64,000 nucleotides of DNA from Candidatus Jordarchaeia archaeon. Lineage in GTDB: Archaea > Asgardarchaeota > Jordiarchaeia > Jordiarchaeales > Jordiarchaeaceae. Location: NCBI GenBank assembly GCA_018383815.1, contig JAHAWU010000002.1:2650-66649 (forward strand), written 5' to 3'. Below, one piece after another: positions 18,690 to 28,301 of the stretch (positions are counted from its first letter, which is position 1; the number at the start of each line of letters is the position of its first letter). Under the pieces are notes generated by a model. The model did no database searches, was not told the DNA's origin, and worked only from the letters and a program-made list of their open reading frames with translations. The position numbers and the translations under genes were made by a program.

Positions 18690-20543
18690 CTAGATTTTTT
18701 CCAGAAATTTTTCTATTTCTTCTTCCGCGTTGTCCGCCCTGATGTATATTGGTACGTTTGCTAGTCCTGTGGCGATGTAGCTTGAGAGAAGCCAGTCTCC
18801 GGGCGTGAACTCCAGGGTTTTTTCCAGTATGTTTTTGTCTATCATGAAGGTGTTGCTGATTAGTCCTCGGTCGTAGGGTCGGGGTAGGGTGCTCACAAAG
18901 TAGGTGTGTAGTTGTTGGAGGGCGCTGGTGTTGAGGTGGGCTATTCTTTGGGTGGCTATGCATCCGCCCAACCCGTATTTCCTTCCTTGGCGTAGTAGTC
19001 TTTCGACTTCCTGGGAGCATTGTCGGTCTATTCCGGATACGTTTGCGGGGTTTGCTACGAATTCCTGTGCTTCGTCCCAAACGAAGAGGATGTAGGGTTT
19101 TACTTTGAATTCTCTTTTTCTTTGGGCCAGGATGCTTTGGGTGAGGTCTATGACTATTTGTTTTATGGTTGGTGGGTCACTTATGGTTATGCTGATGAGT
19201 CGTGTTTCTCCTTCTACTAGTTCTTGTATGTCTTCTGTGGTTAGTCCACCGCTGGTGTCGGTCTCTGTTTCGTGGAAGTAGCGTGTCATGCGTTGTCTGG
19301 TTTCAAACCAGCCGTATAGTCCGCTTTTTTCGTGGATTTTGTAGGCTGTGACTATGGCTGGTGCTGCGTTTACCAGTTTGGTTACGAATTCTCGATCTAT
19401 TTCGTCGGTTTCAATGTATCCTTTTTCGGTCATGTATTTTGCGGTTAGTATTTCTACTTCGTTTAGGGCTTCCACATAGTTCAGTCTGCCCTGATTTTCT
19501 GACTTTAGGAGGGCTACACTGTCCAAGAATTCTCTAAAGGTGGGGATTCTCAAAAATTCCTGCACATAGTGAGTAACCCTGTTTTGGGAAAATATTTTTT
19601 CCATTCCCTTAATTACTCGGGGGTCATCTTCGAACATTTTGGGTTTAACAATTGAGTTATAGAATTCTCTGGCATTCCCGGCTTTGTGTTCGAGAATAAT
19701 TTTTGAGGGTATTCTCTTGTCTGCGAACAAGTCCATTAAAAGGAAGGGGTACTCGCAGGATATATCAAAAATCACCACTTTAGTGTCCGGGGTATGTATA
19801 AGAAGCCTTCTCAAAATATTGGAGAGCATGTTACTCTTTCCCCCACCCGTGAAGGCGAAAATTCCGAAGTGGTACCTCACCAGAGAATCATAGTCAACAT
19901 ATATGGGAATATTTTCAGCTGAAGCCTCAAACATCTTAATAGTTCCAAGGCGAGGATCCTCCCAGGGATTACTGCTTGTTTCCTCACAACTGAAGCCCAG
20001 TTTCTCTAACACTTTGCGGTTGTACATGTCTTTAATCATTTCCTTGTTGAGAATGTAGACCCTCTCTCCAACAACAGGGTAGGAAAAGCCTCGCTCATAA
20101 CTAAATACGTGGTTCTCACCTGTCACTAGGTCATAGTTTATGGGTATTGCTGATATTTGAATAATCATTGTGGATTTGTCACTGGTCTCCCAGTCGCCAA
20201 CTGATTGTTCAATGACTTCAAACTGCAGAGGGTAATACTGGTAATCCTTTAAGCCTCTTAAGCCGAAATGTTCGGGCCAGAAACGCAGAATCTCCATTAA
20301 TGTGTATCTTTTTTTATCCGCCTCTTTGGTTCTGAAGTTCCTCACAGCCAGAAGCATTCCTGAGTCGATGAGCCTCATGAGGTCTCGGTCATACTCGGCA
20401 AGAACCCGGCAGGTGTAGGGCGAAGATGTTCCAAATTCTTCGCTGGAGGTTTCACTAGTTGCAATTACTCTTCCTAGCCGGGCCCTGAATTTTCCATCGA
20501 AATCGGTAAAATAAATTTTAAGCTCCTCTTCTGAGCCGCTCAA
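18690..20543 (-). CDS. HerA/FtsK-superfamily (DUF87-type) ATPase
   Basis: Walker A 'FGIFAFTGGGKSNMLSNIL' and Walker B 'YILFVWDEAQEF', with an N-terminal barrel-like region. The likely start is the TTG at 20543, 7 nt after a GGAGG SD; the GTG codons at 20549 and 20561 are alternatives. It overlaps the 3' end of the upstream NurA-like gene. Confidence 0.8.
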   Translation of the reverse strand: MSGSEEELKIYFTDFDGKFRARLGRVIATSETSSEEFGTSSPYTCRVLAEYDRDLMRLIDSGMLLAVRNFRTKEADKKRYTLMEILRFWPEHFGLRGLKDYQYYPLQFEVIEQSVGDWETSDKSTMIIQISAIPINYDLVTGENHVFSYERGFSYPVVGERVYILNKEMIKDMYNRKVLEKLGFSCEETSSNPWEDPRLGTIKMFEASAENIPIYVDYDSLVRYHFGIFAFTGGGKSNMLSNILRRLLIHTPDTKVVIFDISCEYPFLLMDLFADKRIPSKIILEHKAGNAREFYNSIVKPKMFEDDPRVIKGMEKIFSQNRVTHYVQEFLRIPTFREFLDSVALLKSENQGRLNYVEALNEVEILTAKYMTEKGYIETDEIDREFVTKLVNAAPAIVTAYKIHEKSGLYGWFETRQRMTRYFHETETDTSGGLTTEDIQELVEGETRLISITISDPPTIKQIVIDLTQSILAQRKREFKVKPYILFVWDEAQEFVANPANVSGIDRQCSQEVERLLRQGRKYGLGGCIATQRIAHLNTSALQQLHTYFVSTLPRPYDRGLISNTFMIDKNILEKTLEFTPGDWLLSSYIATGLANVPIYIRADNAEEEIEKFLEKI

Positions 20544-22434
20544 ACTCACCCCTCCGTTCACGGAAGCTGGTCATATAGTAAACAAACTTCTTTAAATCCT
20601 TGTTTGTCATAATCCAATCCTTCGTGGTGTCAATAAGATTCTTGAACAGGCTATAGTTCCACTTGGCCACATTATCCGCAATAAAGAGCGGTTTATTGTG
20701 CCCAAAAATCTCGGGGATGGTGGAACTGGTGGTGGCCGCCAAGGTCACCAGGATGAGGTTCTGAAGCTCATTCCGGATTTTCTCATTTCTGAGTATAAAG
20801 ACATTTACGGGTTCTTCTCCCACATAAATCTGGTGGAAACGCTCAATGTTCTCCTCTCTCATGTCATACTCTGCGTAGGCTAGACGGTCTATGAGCAGAA
20901 CATTGCTCCTCACCTTAGGGTCGTGCTCCGCCGCCTGCAGCTGAACATAGGTTTTAAGAAACAACCTCTCCATAGTAATCTTGTTTTTCCTTGCGCCCCT
21001 CACATACCTGGGACCCCTATCTGGATCCGGAACAATGGTGGTGAATGCCGAGTCATACTCAATCAAGCTCCAGGGAGGATGCAGTGTATCACAACAGTTG
21101 AAGGAGTAATGTTGCAGAAGCATGCGGTCAGTGTTGGGAAGATTTGAGAACAATTCAGGCGAAACCACACATCCGAAAATATTACAGTTTGAGCATACTG
21201 GAATGAAGTGGTTTTTAAAATCGCTGGCCGCAGTATCCTTAGTGATTCCCAGAAGGAGAACCCTGCGTTTCCAGCACTCCTCAATGAGCATATAGAAGCA
21301 GAAAAGTGTGAGAAAAGCAATATCCAAAGTAGACAGGTACTGGGATGAGCCGTCCTCACGCTCAATAATCATCCTAATTCCCGTAGTCGACTCCTCAATT
21401 TCCTCCCTAAAAATGCGTTCACCCAAAGTTCTAACCAGTTTTGAAATCCTATCCCAAGATTTCCTGTAACGGGGATTAAGGCGATACTTGGAGTGGCTCT
21501 TAAGGACTACTTCTTCTCGAACCAAACTGTTAAGGTAGCGTCCCACTCTCTCCTCTCGAAGCGCATCCTTAATTCCCAACTCCTCGCAGATCTGTTTCAG
21601 GGTTAGTGGGGAATCCTTCCTTTCCAAGAGGAGAATGAGGCTGTGCCTCAAAAAGTCTCCCCTGGCGGGTGGAAGCATTAATTCGGGATTCGAGACATGG
21701 TAGCGACCAATAAACAAATCATTCTTATCTATGGGTTCGCCATCCACTTTGAATCCCAGAATGGCGCACTTTTTATCCCAGTAGGTTTTCTTTGAGGTTT
21801 CCTTGGCAATGGCCCGCTGAGTACCCGAGAGGGAGCGGTCCATGAAAAGAATTCTTACTGGATCATTGGGGTCTGTTACCAGAAGGTAGGCCAGATAATA
21901 TTCGGCGAAAGTCATAATCCAATCCGCAATCTGTGAATTATCTGCGATTTCTTGCTCAGATAGGGGCTGAGTTAACAAACCCTCCGGGTCGTCTCCCTCG
22001 CTGAAAAAGGTCTGGTCAATTTCGGGAACCTCATTAACATAAACTGGAACACAGCTGGAAATTCCCCTCCCCTCCTCTATATGCTTAGTGTAGTAATCCA
22101 CAGTGGGTCTAGAGTCCTTATGGAACTGGATTTCGCCACTTGCAGCATAGGCTCCACCAAAAAAGAGGATAAAGTCGAAAAGCCTCTTTGAATACTCGGT
22201 TCCATCTACAGCCGCAAACCTAACCCGCTCAGAGCCAAAAAAGTCAACCGCGGTACGGTAAGCCCTTTCAAAGTCTAAATCAGTAACTAGAAGTTTAGAG
22301 ATAAAAGTGTTTAACTCGTCAATTTGGGAGAAGCGATTCTTGTAATCCGTAAGCTGCCTCTCAACACCCTTCAACAAAATATTGCTTATCCTACTAATCT
22401 GAGAACTCAGGAAGGATCTTCCCACTACAATCAC
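20518..22434 (-). CDS. Large NurA-domain-like nuclease with an inserted winged-helix segment
   Basis: NurA-like motifs appear in order: 'RFAAVDGTEY', 'ILFMDRSLSG', 'LLLGITKDTAASDF', 'NTDRMLL' and 'HNKPLFIADNVAK'. The central 'LTLKQICEELGIKDALREERVGRYLNSLVREEVVLKSH' looks like a wHTH. The gene is coupled to a HerA-like ATPase. The assignment rests on motif pattern only. Confidence 0.6.
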   Translation of the reverse strand: MIVVGRSFLSSQISRISNILLKGVERQLTDYKNRFSQIDELNTFISKLLVTDLDFERAYRTAVDFFGSERVRFAAVDGTEYSKRLFDFILFFGGAYAASGEIQFHKDSRPTVDYYTKHIEEGRGISSCVPVYVNEVPEIDQTFFSEGDDPEGLLTQPLSEQEIADNSQIADWIMTFAEYYLAYLLVTDPNDPVRILFMDRSLSGTQRAIAKETSKKTYWDKKCAILGFKVDGEPIDKNDLFIGRYHVSNPELMLPPARGDFLRHSLILLLERKDSPLTLKQICEELGIKDALREERVGRYLNSLVREEVVLKSHSKYRLNPRYRKSWDRISKLVRTLGERIFREEIEESTTGIRMIIEREDGSSQYLSTLDIAFLTLFCFYMLIEECWKRRVLLLGITKDTAASDFKNHFIPVCSNCNIFGCVVSPELFSNLPNTDRMLLQHYSFNCCDTLHPPWSLIEYDSAFTTIVPDPDRGPRYVRGARKNKITMERLFLKTYVQLQAAEHDPKVRSNVLLIDRLAYAEYDMREENIERFHQIYVGEEPVNVFILRNEKIRNELQNLILVTLAATTSSTIPEIFGHNKPLFIADNVAKWNYSLFKNLIDTTKDWIMTNKDLKKFVYYMTSFRERRGEFERLRRGA

Positions 22435-22838
22435 CCAACACCAACAAGACGGATTATCCTAATAATTTAATGGATCAATCTTCAAGAGCGCCTGAATCCC
22501 CAATGCCAACCGTTACAATAGTAATATTGCTCCACCCAATTTAAAGGTTTCATAAATTAATTTACGAAAAATTTTTCGGGAATTTATAGTCTCCAAATTT
22601 GCAAAGAATACTGATGAAGTGGATCCCATTTGAGCTATTTTTGACTATTATTGGGATTTTAAGTATTGATTGTGACTTTTTAATATTGTTCCATGTTATT
22701 TCATATAGTAAACCTTTTTACAATTTTCAGGTAGATGACCCCCTCCAATTAACCATATGTATACATAAGGTAACATATTATTCTCAAATTTCCATATGTA
22801 ACATTTGGATAATCTTATTATACCATAAGGAAGAACCG

Positions 22839-23960
22839 GTGAAACGCCAAAAATTGGCAAAAAATTTGAGAGGATTGAAAAAGTTGTCTTCGTTACTCAC
22901 CAGTAAAGGAATAGCCATACTTCTAATAGCATTGTTGGCAGGAGTTGGTGTGGGCACCTTCATCATTGCCCCAGTCGTGACCAGCAACCAACAACAGCAG
23001 CAAAACCTAATTTTAGCTTATACTTTCGGTCAAGCGTCCGGCTCACTATACATTCCCGGATCCACAACGGTGCTGCCTATAACAACCGAAATGGCCCCCG
23101 CCTTCACAGCGCGCAACCCCTTCATAACCATTCAAGCAGCAGGAGGAGGCTCAGGTGCAGGGTACAGCGCAATAATTAACCAGCAAACAGACATCGCAGC
23201 GGCATCCAGAGAACCCAAGAGCACAGAAATTGCCAGCGCCACCGCAGCTGGTGTAAAACTCATAACATGGATCATCGGCGCAGACGCCATAGTGGTAATA
23301 TACAACAGTCAAGGACTGGGAGTGAGCGCAGTGAACTTAACCAGAGCACAAGTGGGAGAGATATTTAACGCCTCAGCAAAAGGAACCGGGCCAGTCTACT
23401 GGGACGCCTATGTGCCAGGGGCTCCCCATGTACCAATTACCGTCTTCATTAGGGAGGATGGTTCGGGTACCAGAGGCGATTTTGAGAGCGACTTCCAAGT
23501 GGACAAAACTGGCACATGGCCTGGAGTCACCAAAGTAACTTCTAATGGTCTAATGATATCCAGCGTTAAGGGTCAGCAATACTCTATGGGATACGTGGCC
23601 CTATCCTATTACACGGCAGAAGTGGCAGATCCCACCTCACCAATTAGGGGAGTAAACGTTGCCTACAATTCATCCTACGACTATGAAACTCCAGACATTA
23701 ACGGTGTCATATCTTGGGCAAGGGCGCAAATCACCAATCCCGGCGTGTATACTGGGGGCTATTTTGCTTGCAGATGGTTGTACTACATAACTGATGGTTT
23801 TCCAGAGCCGGGGTCTCTAATTGACAGGTACCTGGGATTCGTTTACAGCAGTGCCGGTCAAGCCATAATTGACGAGGTAGGCTACGTAAGCGCAGAGAAA
23901 GCAGGTCTAACTACAGGGAAACCATACTGGTACTACTCCACACCCATAGTATGGAACTAA
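22839..23960 (+). CDS. pstS: Phosphate ABC transporter substrate-binding protein PstS
   Basis: 'GSTTVLPIT...ITIQAAGGGSGAGYSAII..QTDIAAASREP' is a PstS/PBP2 signature. An N-terminal TM/signal segment is followed by a Q-rich linker. The start is placed at the in-frame GTG after an AGGAAG SD; the upstream part of the track ORF is AT-rich leader. Confidence 0.8.
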   Translation: MKRQKLAKNLRGLKKLSSLLTSKGIAILLIALLAGVGVGTFIIAPVVTSNQQQQQNLILAYTFGQASGSLYIPGSTTVLPITTEMAPAFTARNPFITIQAAGGGSGAGYSAIINQQTDIAAASREPKSTEIASATAAGVKLITWIIGADAIVVIYNSQGLGVSAVNLTRAQVGEIFNASAKGTGPVYWDAYVPGAPHVPITVFIREDGSGTRGDFESDFQVDKTGTWPGVTKVTSNGLMISSVKGQQYSMGYVALSYYTAEVADPTSPIRGVNVAYNSSYDYETPDINGVISWARAQITNPGVYTGGYFACRWLYYITDGFPEPGSLIDRYLGFVYSSAGQAIIDEVGYVSAEKAGLTTGKPYWYYSTPIVWN

Positions 23961-25190
23961 ATGACATTCGGAAACCCTCTCTCAATTTTTTTGTTTTGTT
24001 TGAGGCGGTGGAATATGCGGTTTGACGGGAAGTTTAGGGAGATGTTCAAGATTGATTTTGGAAGTGGTGAAGTATCAGGGTCTTTGGAGTATATTTTTAC
24101 GGCTGAGGATTTCAAAAAAGTGGGATTAAAGATTAGGGAATTTTTGAGGAGGTTTTTTTCGCCTGAGGGTTTAACTGCTCTTTGTGCCTTTTCGAGTCTT
24201 GTGATTACTGGTCTCATATTTTTCTTCTTGTTTAGGGAAGCCTTTCCCATGTTTCAAAAGATGAGCTATGGAAGCAGCTTTCTCCACTTCTTGTATGTGT
24301 TGAACCCCGACTTTTTTGGATATGCTATTGACAAATATGGTTTAGTTTGGTTTAGTGGTGGGAACCCTTTTTTGGGTTTTTTGAATTTTGTTTCTGGGGG
24401 CACTTGGGCTCCCAACTCTTATGAGTTTGGGATTCTGCCCCTCATTATAGGTACCTTAATTGTGGTGGGGGGTGCGGTTGCCATCTCGCTTCCCATTGGA
24501 GTTTTATCCGCTGTGCACTTGGCGGAGTACTGTTCTTTGAGGGTTAAAAATGTGCTGAAGCCCGTAATTGAGATGCTGGCCGGGATACCCTCAGTTGTTT
24601 TTGGACTGGTTGGTCTTACTCTTGTGGTACCTTTGATACAGAATGTTTTTCATCTGGATAATGGGCGAACTGCTTTGTCTGCGGCAATAGTTCTAGCCAT
24701 TATGATTCTTCCCACTATAATTAGTGTTAGTGAGGATGCTATTTCCGCTGTTCCTCGGGAATTTAAAGAGGCTTCCTTCGCTCTGGGAGCTACACACTTC
24801 CAAACGGTTCGCAAAGTGATACTGCCAGCCGCCGCTGCGGGTATTGCCGCCGCCGTGGTTCTAGCAGTGGCTCGCGCTATTGGCGAAACCATGGCAGTCC
24901 TGATGATTGCCGGAAATTCGCCCTTCACAGTTTTATATCCTAACTATTTTCCCCTTCTGCCAGTGCTGGATAAATTTGGCTTTTACTTTAAGGAACTGTT
25001 TTTGGATCCCATTATGCCAATGACCGCTACCATAGCTGCGGAAATTGGTGAAACCTCTTGGGGAAGCACACATTACCAAGCATTGCTGGCAGTGGGATTT
25101 GTCCTATTCATAATCACTTACATTATCAACTACATTGCTGAAGTCACAATTTTCAGATTTTCTAAAAAGGTGAAAAGAAGGAGGACCTGA
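23961..25190 (+). CDS. pstC: Phosphate ABC transporter permease PstC
   Basis: Polytopic membrane protein with an EAA-type loop, 'SVSEDAISAVPREFKEASFALGATHFQTVRKVILPAAAAGI'. The ATG lies directly after the pstS stop. Confidence 0.8.
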   Translation: MTFGNPLSIFLFCLRRWNMRFDGKFREMFKIDFGSGEVSGSLEYIFTAEDFKKVGLKIREFLRRFFSPEGLTALCAFSSLVITGLIFFFLFREAFPMFQKMSYGSSFLHFLYVLNPDFFGYAIDKYGLVWFSGGNPFLGFLNFVSGGTWAPNSYEFGILPLIIGTLIVVGGAVAISLPIGVLSAVHLAEYCSLRVKNVLKPVIEMLAGIPSVVFGLVGLTLVVPLIQNVFHLDNGRTALSAAIVLAIMILPTIISVSEDAISAVPREFKEASFALGATHFQTVRKVILPAAAAGIAAAVVLAVARAIGETMAVLMIAGNSPFTVLYPNYFPLLPVLDKFGFYFKELFLDPIMPMTATIAAEIGETSWGSTHYQALLAVGFVLFIITYIINYIAEVTIFRFSKKVKRRRT

Positions 25191-25191
25191 A

Positions 25192-26112
25192 ATGAAGAAA
25201 CTTAAAGAAGAACTAAAAGGCATACCTCTAGGAGAAGCTAAAATAAGAAACATACTGGGAGACGTGCTGATAGGCATCCCAACCTTTCTAGCCGTACTAG
25301 CCTTCCTCATAATTTTAGGAACAGTGGTTTTCTACGGTTGGCCCACACTCACACTCAATTTTCCAAGCTTTCTCACCAGCAGCCCCATCCCCAACACTGA
25401 CCTGAGACTGGGAGGAATAGCGCCCATGATTTTTGGAACCTTCGCCCTGGTTGTGGGAGCCATGATAATAGCAATACCACTGGGGGTCATGTCATCCATT
25501 TACATGTCAGAATACTTGGCCCAAGGAAAACTAAAATCATTCATAAACCAAGTGGTCAACAACTTGGCAGGAGTCCCCTCAATAGTTTTTGGACTATTCG
25601 GCCTATCCTTCCTACTACGCTACTTAAACATAGCGGAGGGAAGCCCAAGTCTGGTTTCGGGCTGGATAGTGCTGGGATTCATGGCCCTACCCATAATAAT
25701 AAAATCCACAAACAATGCACTGGAAGCCGTACCCAGAGAATTCAGGGAAGCCAGCCAAGCACTGGGAGCAACCAAGTGGCAAACAATCACCACAGTAACC
25801 CTCCCCCTAGCCTCACCAGGAATCTCCACAGGAACCATACTGGGAATAGGACGCATAGTGGGAGAAACCGCAGCCATACTATTCATAGCCGTAGTCGTAT
25901 CCCAATCTAACTACTTTCCCACAACAATATTTGATCCAGTCATGGCCCTAACCTACCACATCTACTACATGGCAGTTGAAAGCCCCTACGCGTCACAAAC
26001 CCTGGGAATCCAACACGCAACCGCCCTCGTACTCATGACCCTAGTACTACTATTAAGCGCAGCAGCCATATACATAAGATACAGAGCCCAACAAAGAAAA
26101 AGAGGATGGTAA
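25192..26112 (+). CDS. pstA: Phosphate ABC transporter permease PstA
   Basis: 'NALEAVPREFREASQALGATKWQTITTVTLPLASPGI' is the permease signature. It is the second permease of the cassette. Confidence 0.8.
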   Translation: MKKLKEELKGIPLGEAKIRNILGDVLIGIPTFLAVLAFLIILGTVVFYGWPTLTLNFPSFLTSSPIPNTDLRLGGIAPMIFGTFALVVGAMIIAIPLGVMSSIYMSEYLAQGKLKSFINQVVNNLAGVPSIVFGLFGLSFLLRYLNIAEGSPSLVSGWIVLGFMALPIIIKSTNNALEAVPREFREASQALGATKWQTITTVTLPLASPGISTGTILGIGRIVGETAAILFIAVVVSQSNYFPTTIFDPVMALTYHIYYMAVESPYASQTLGIQHATALVLMTLVLLLSAAAIYIRYRAQQRKRGW

Positions 26113-26479
26113 GAAGCAACTTAGAAATTGGGCAAGCTAGGAAGGAAATGTTTAGTCATACTAGCATCATTAGAGAGAAGAAGGGATTAGAAAATAATTT
26201 ATGAGTATCGAATTGGTCACGGAGAGGACTCATATTTTTAGGTTTGAGGTTGCAGGTGAATCAACTTTTCGCATGAAAGATTTTTCAATTTGCGTGCCCA
26301 ATTGGATAAACATTGCCTGTTTCTTTTTGTTGTCTTCAAATTTTTTGGGAGAAGTTTTTATACCTCATTATATAATTTTTAGCTAGGTTTCAAATACAGG
26401 AGCTGGCTAGCTGAAAGCTGGGTAATTTTATGGTCTGAGGCGATTTTGGTTTCACCTGTTTTGTGGTGGTGTACTTTTG

Positions 26480-26872
26480 ATGAGTGTTGTTGAGAAAGTT
26501 GGAGCGTGTCTGGAATCAAACTGCAATGTTGTTTTTGCCTATGTTTACGGCTCCTATGCGAGAGGGATGGCTGGAAGGTTTAGTGACTTGGATATTGCAG
26601 TTTTCCTTCGAGATAGTGGACATGAGAGGTACATGGAGGTGCTATCAGAGCTTCCAGTGGACATAGATGTAGAGGTTGATGTTAGAGTTTTGAATGACGC
26701 TCCACCCCTTTTCAGATACAATGTTATTAGGGAAGGAAAGCTATTATTTGTTAAGGATAAGGGGGTTCACGAAGAGTTTGTCTACGATACTCTTGTAACG
26801 GCGTTGGAATTAAGGGAGACGCTGGGCAGAATGAGGGAGGAGAGATTGAGGAGGATTCTTGATGCTCTTTGA
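26480..26872 (+). CDS. mntA: MntA-type nucleotidyltransferase (antitoxin of a HepT/MntA type VII TA pair)
   Basis: 'GSYARGMAGRFSDLDIAVF' NTase motif; about 130 aa; overlaps the downstream DUF86 gene. Confidence 0.8.
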   Translation: MSVVEKVGACLESNCNVVFAYVYGSYARGMAGRFSDLDIAVFLRDSGHERYMEVLSELPVDIDVEVDVRVLNDAPPLFRYNVIREGKLLFVKDKGVHEEFVYDTLVTALELRETLGRMREERLRRILDAL

Positions 26873-27282
26873 AACGGTTAGCAGTGCCATTAAAGTTTTT
26901 AGAAGACCTAAAGATGAAGAGTGTTAGGGAATTAGAAGGGGATTCCACTTTGCTTGGAGGTTTTCTGTGGCATCTTTATTTGGCAGTGCAAGGCTGCATA
27001 AATATTGCTCTCAAAACCATTTCGAAACTATCTCTTAGAACACCTGAAAGTTATGCTGATGCATTCACAGTTCTTAGTGAGGAGAAGCTGATACCAGAGG
27101 AGTTAGCCAAGAAACTTACTGCTATGGCGCGCTTCAGACATATCCTGGCACATGTCTACACCAAAATTGATTTAGACCGAGTACACGCCGTATTGCATCA
27201 CAACCTGGCGGACATAAAAGAGTTCCTAAAAGTTTTAGCCACAAAACTCCAAGAAAAGAAAATAGATGTAAGCCAAATCTAG
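26869..27282 (+). CDS. hepT: HepT-type HEPN (DUF86) toxin
   Basis: R-x4-H motif region 'MARFRHILAHVY'. The TTG start overlaps the mntA stop (TTGA). Confidence 0.8.
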   Translation: MKRLAVPLKFLEDLKMKSVRELEGDSTLLGGFLWHLYLAVQGCINIALKTISKLSLRTPESYADAFTVLSEEKLIPEELAKKLTAMARFRHILAHVYTKIDLDRVHAVLHHNLADIKEFLKVLATKLQEKKIDVSQI

Positions 27283-27575
27283 CCAGCCAAAAAAACATAG
27301 TCACACAGACAAAGGATCTGAGACTGCGCCCAGATAGTTCTGTCGGAACTGGTTTTTAGTTTGCTAGGTAGCACGCAAGAAGTAGGAATAATCGTTAAAT
27401 GAATAGAATTTGGCGACCTAGAACATTCTCCACACCTATGTTTCTAACAAGATCCACCTTCACCACGTCCTTTATGAATCTAAAACCCATATAATTATTG
27501 TCTGAGTACATATAGCTCCTCGCTTTCAATAAGACGCTAAACCAAGAAACAACACCTTTGGATATGCGATAAATT

Positions 27576-28049
27576 TCAGAATGCGAGGTTGTAGTTTTTG
27601 TTTTTCAGAAAATCGGTGAATTCTCTAAAATCATCTGTTTCCGCAAGCTCGTAGAAAACGGTTTTAAACCCGCTTTTCTCAAACCCTTTATCTGGGGTGT
27701 ATATTTCTGTTAGATTTAAACGCTTCATGACCGCGGAGCTTATGAGATCCGATAAACCCAGGGGAAGCATTCCATACATATTGCAAGCATTCTCCTGATC
27801 CTCTAGGGTTGGCGGGATTATGTCAAGTGAGTAAAGGGACCTGAGGGCTTTAATGAAGATGGGAAGTGCGTTAGCCTTGTAGTGGGAGAGCCATATTAAC
27901 ACTTCGTCTTTGACAAGAGTTGTTGTGACGGCTGGCTCCATGTTTTCAATCCGGTATAGAATGTATCCACTGATAGCTGCCTCCAGAGATAATCCCTTCT
28001 TAGAGGCAGACATCCACTTTATAAAAACCGGAGCATCAACGAACCTCAC
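27576..28049 (-). CDS. vapC: PIN-domain VapC-type toxin
   Basis: About 157 aa; 'RFVDAPVFIKW' at the N-terminus with a distal acidic region 'YTPDKGFE'. It lies immediately downstream of an AbrB-type antitoxin gene. Confidence 0.7.
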   Translation of the reverse strand: MRFVDAPVFIKWMSASKKGLSLEAAISGYILYRIENMEPAVTTTLVKDEVLIWLSHYKANALPIFIKALRSLYSLDIIPPTLEDQENACNMYGMLPLGLSDLISSAVMKRLNLTEIYTPDKGFEKSGFKTVFYELAETDDFREFTDFLKNKNYNLAF

Positions 28050-28301
28050 TCAATCACCCAGTTTTTCTTTGAGTTCATTTAGGAAGAGTTTGTCACCAGC
28101 GACATCCGAGGACGCCTCCTCCGCTATCCCGGCGAGCATCATAAGTGGGCTTTCCTTCATAAAGGATATGATCAGCTTTCCACCCTTGACTTCTAGGTCC
28201 AGTTCATCACCAATTTTAATGTTAAATCTTGACCTAACCTCTTGCGGAAGGGATACCCTGTAACCGCTCAACACCTTAACTTTGTATTTATAAAAAGACA
28301 T
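28050..28301 (-). CDS. vapB: AbrB/SpoVT-type VapB antitoxin
   Basis: 'YRVSLPQEVRSRFNIKIGDELDLEVKGGKLII' is a swapped-hairpin AbrB motif. Its stop abuts the vapC GTG. Confidence 0.75.
   Translation of the reverse strand: MSFYKYKVKVLSGYRVSLPQEVRSRFNIKIGDELDLEVKGGKLIISFMKESPLMMLAGIAEEASSDVAGDKLFLNELKEKLGD

Noticed and set aside
18655-19080. A 141-aa Arg/Pro/Thr-rich ORF and many other 60-140-aa track ORFs nested in or antisense to long genes (for example 2833-3162, 3841-4140, 16274-16849, 45781-46200, 50616-50810, 57722-57961).
   Set aside because: They lie wholly inside well-supported longer genes in alternative frames. They have low-complexity or biased composition and lack SD or start context, so they are treated as spurious.
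22599-22838. A long N-terminal extension of the PstS ORF in the track (453 aa).
   Set aside because: The extension is AT-rich and Ile/Phe/Tyr-rich with no protein-like features. An in-frame GTG with an AGGAAG SD at 22839 gives a normal signal-anchored PstS.
26113-26476. A search for a pstB remnant or small gene after pstA, including the 61-aa track ORF 26201-26386.
   Set aside because: No Walker A or ABC signature appears in any frame, and the 61-aa ORF has no protein-like features.
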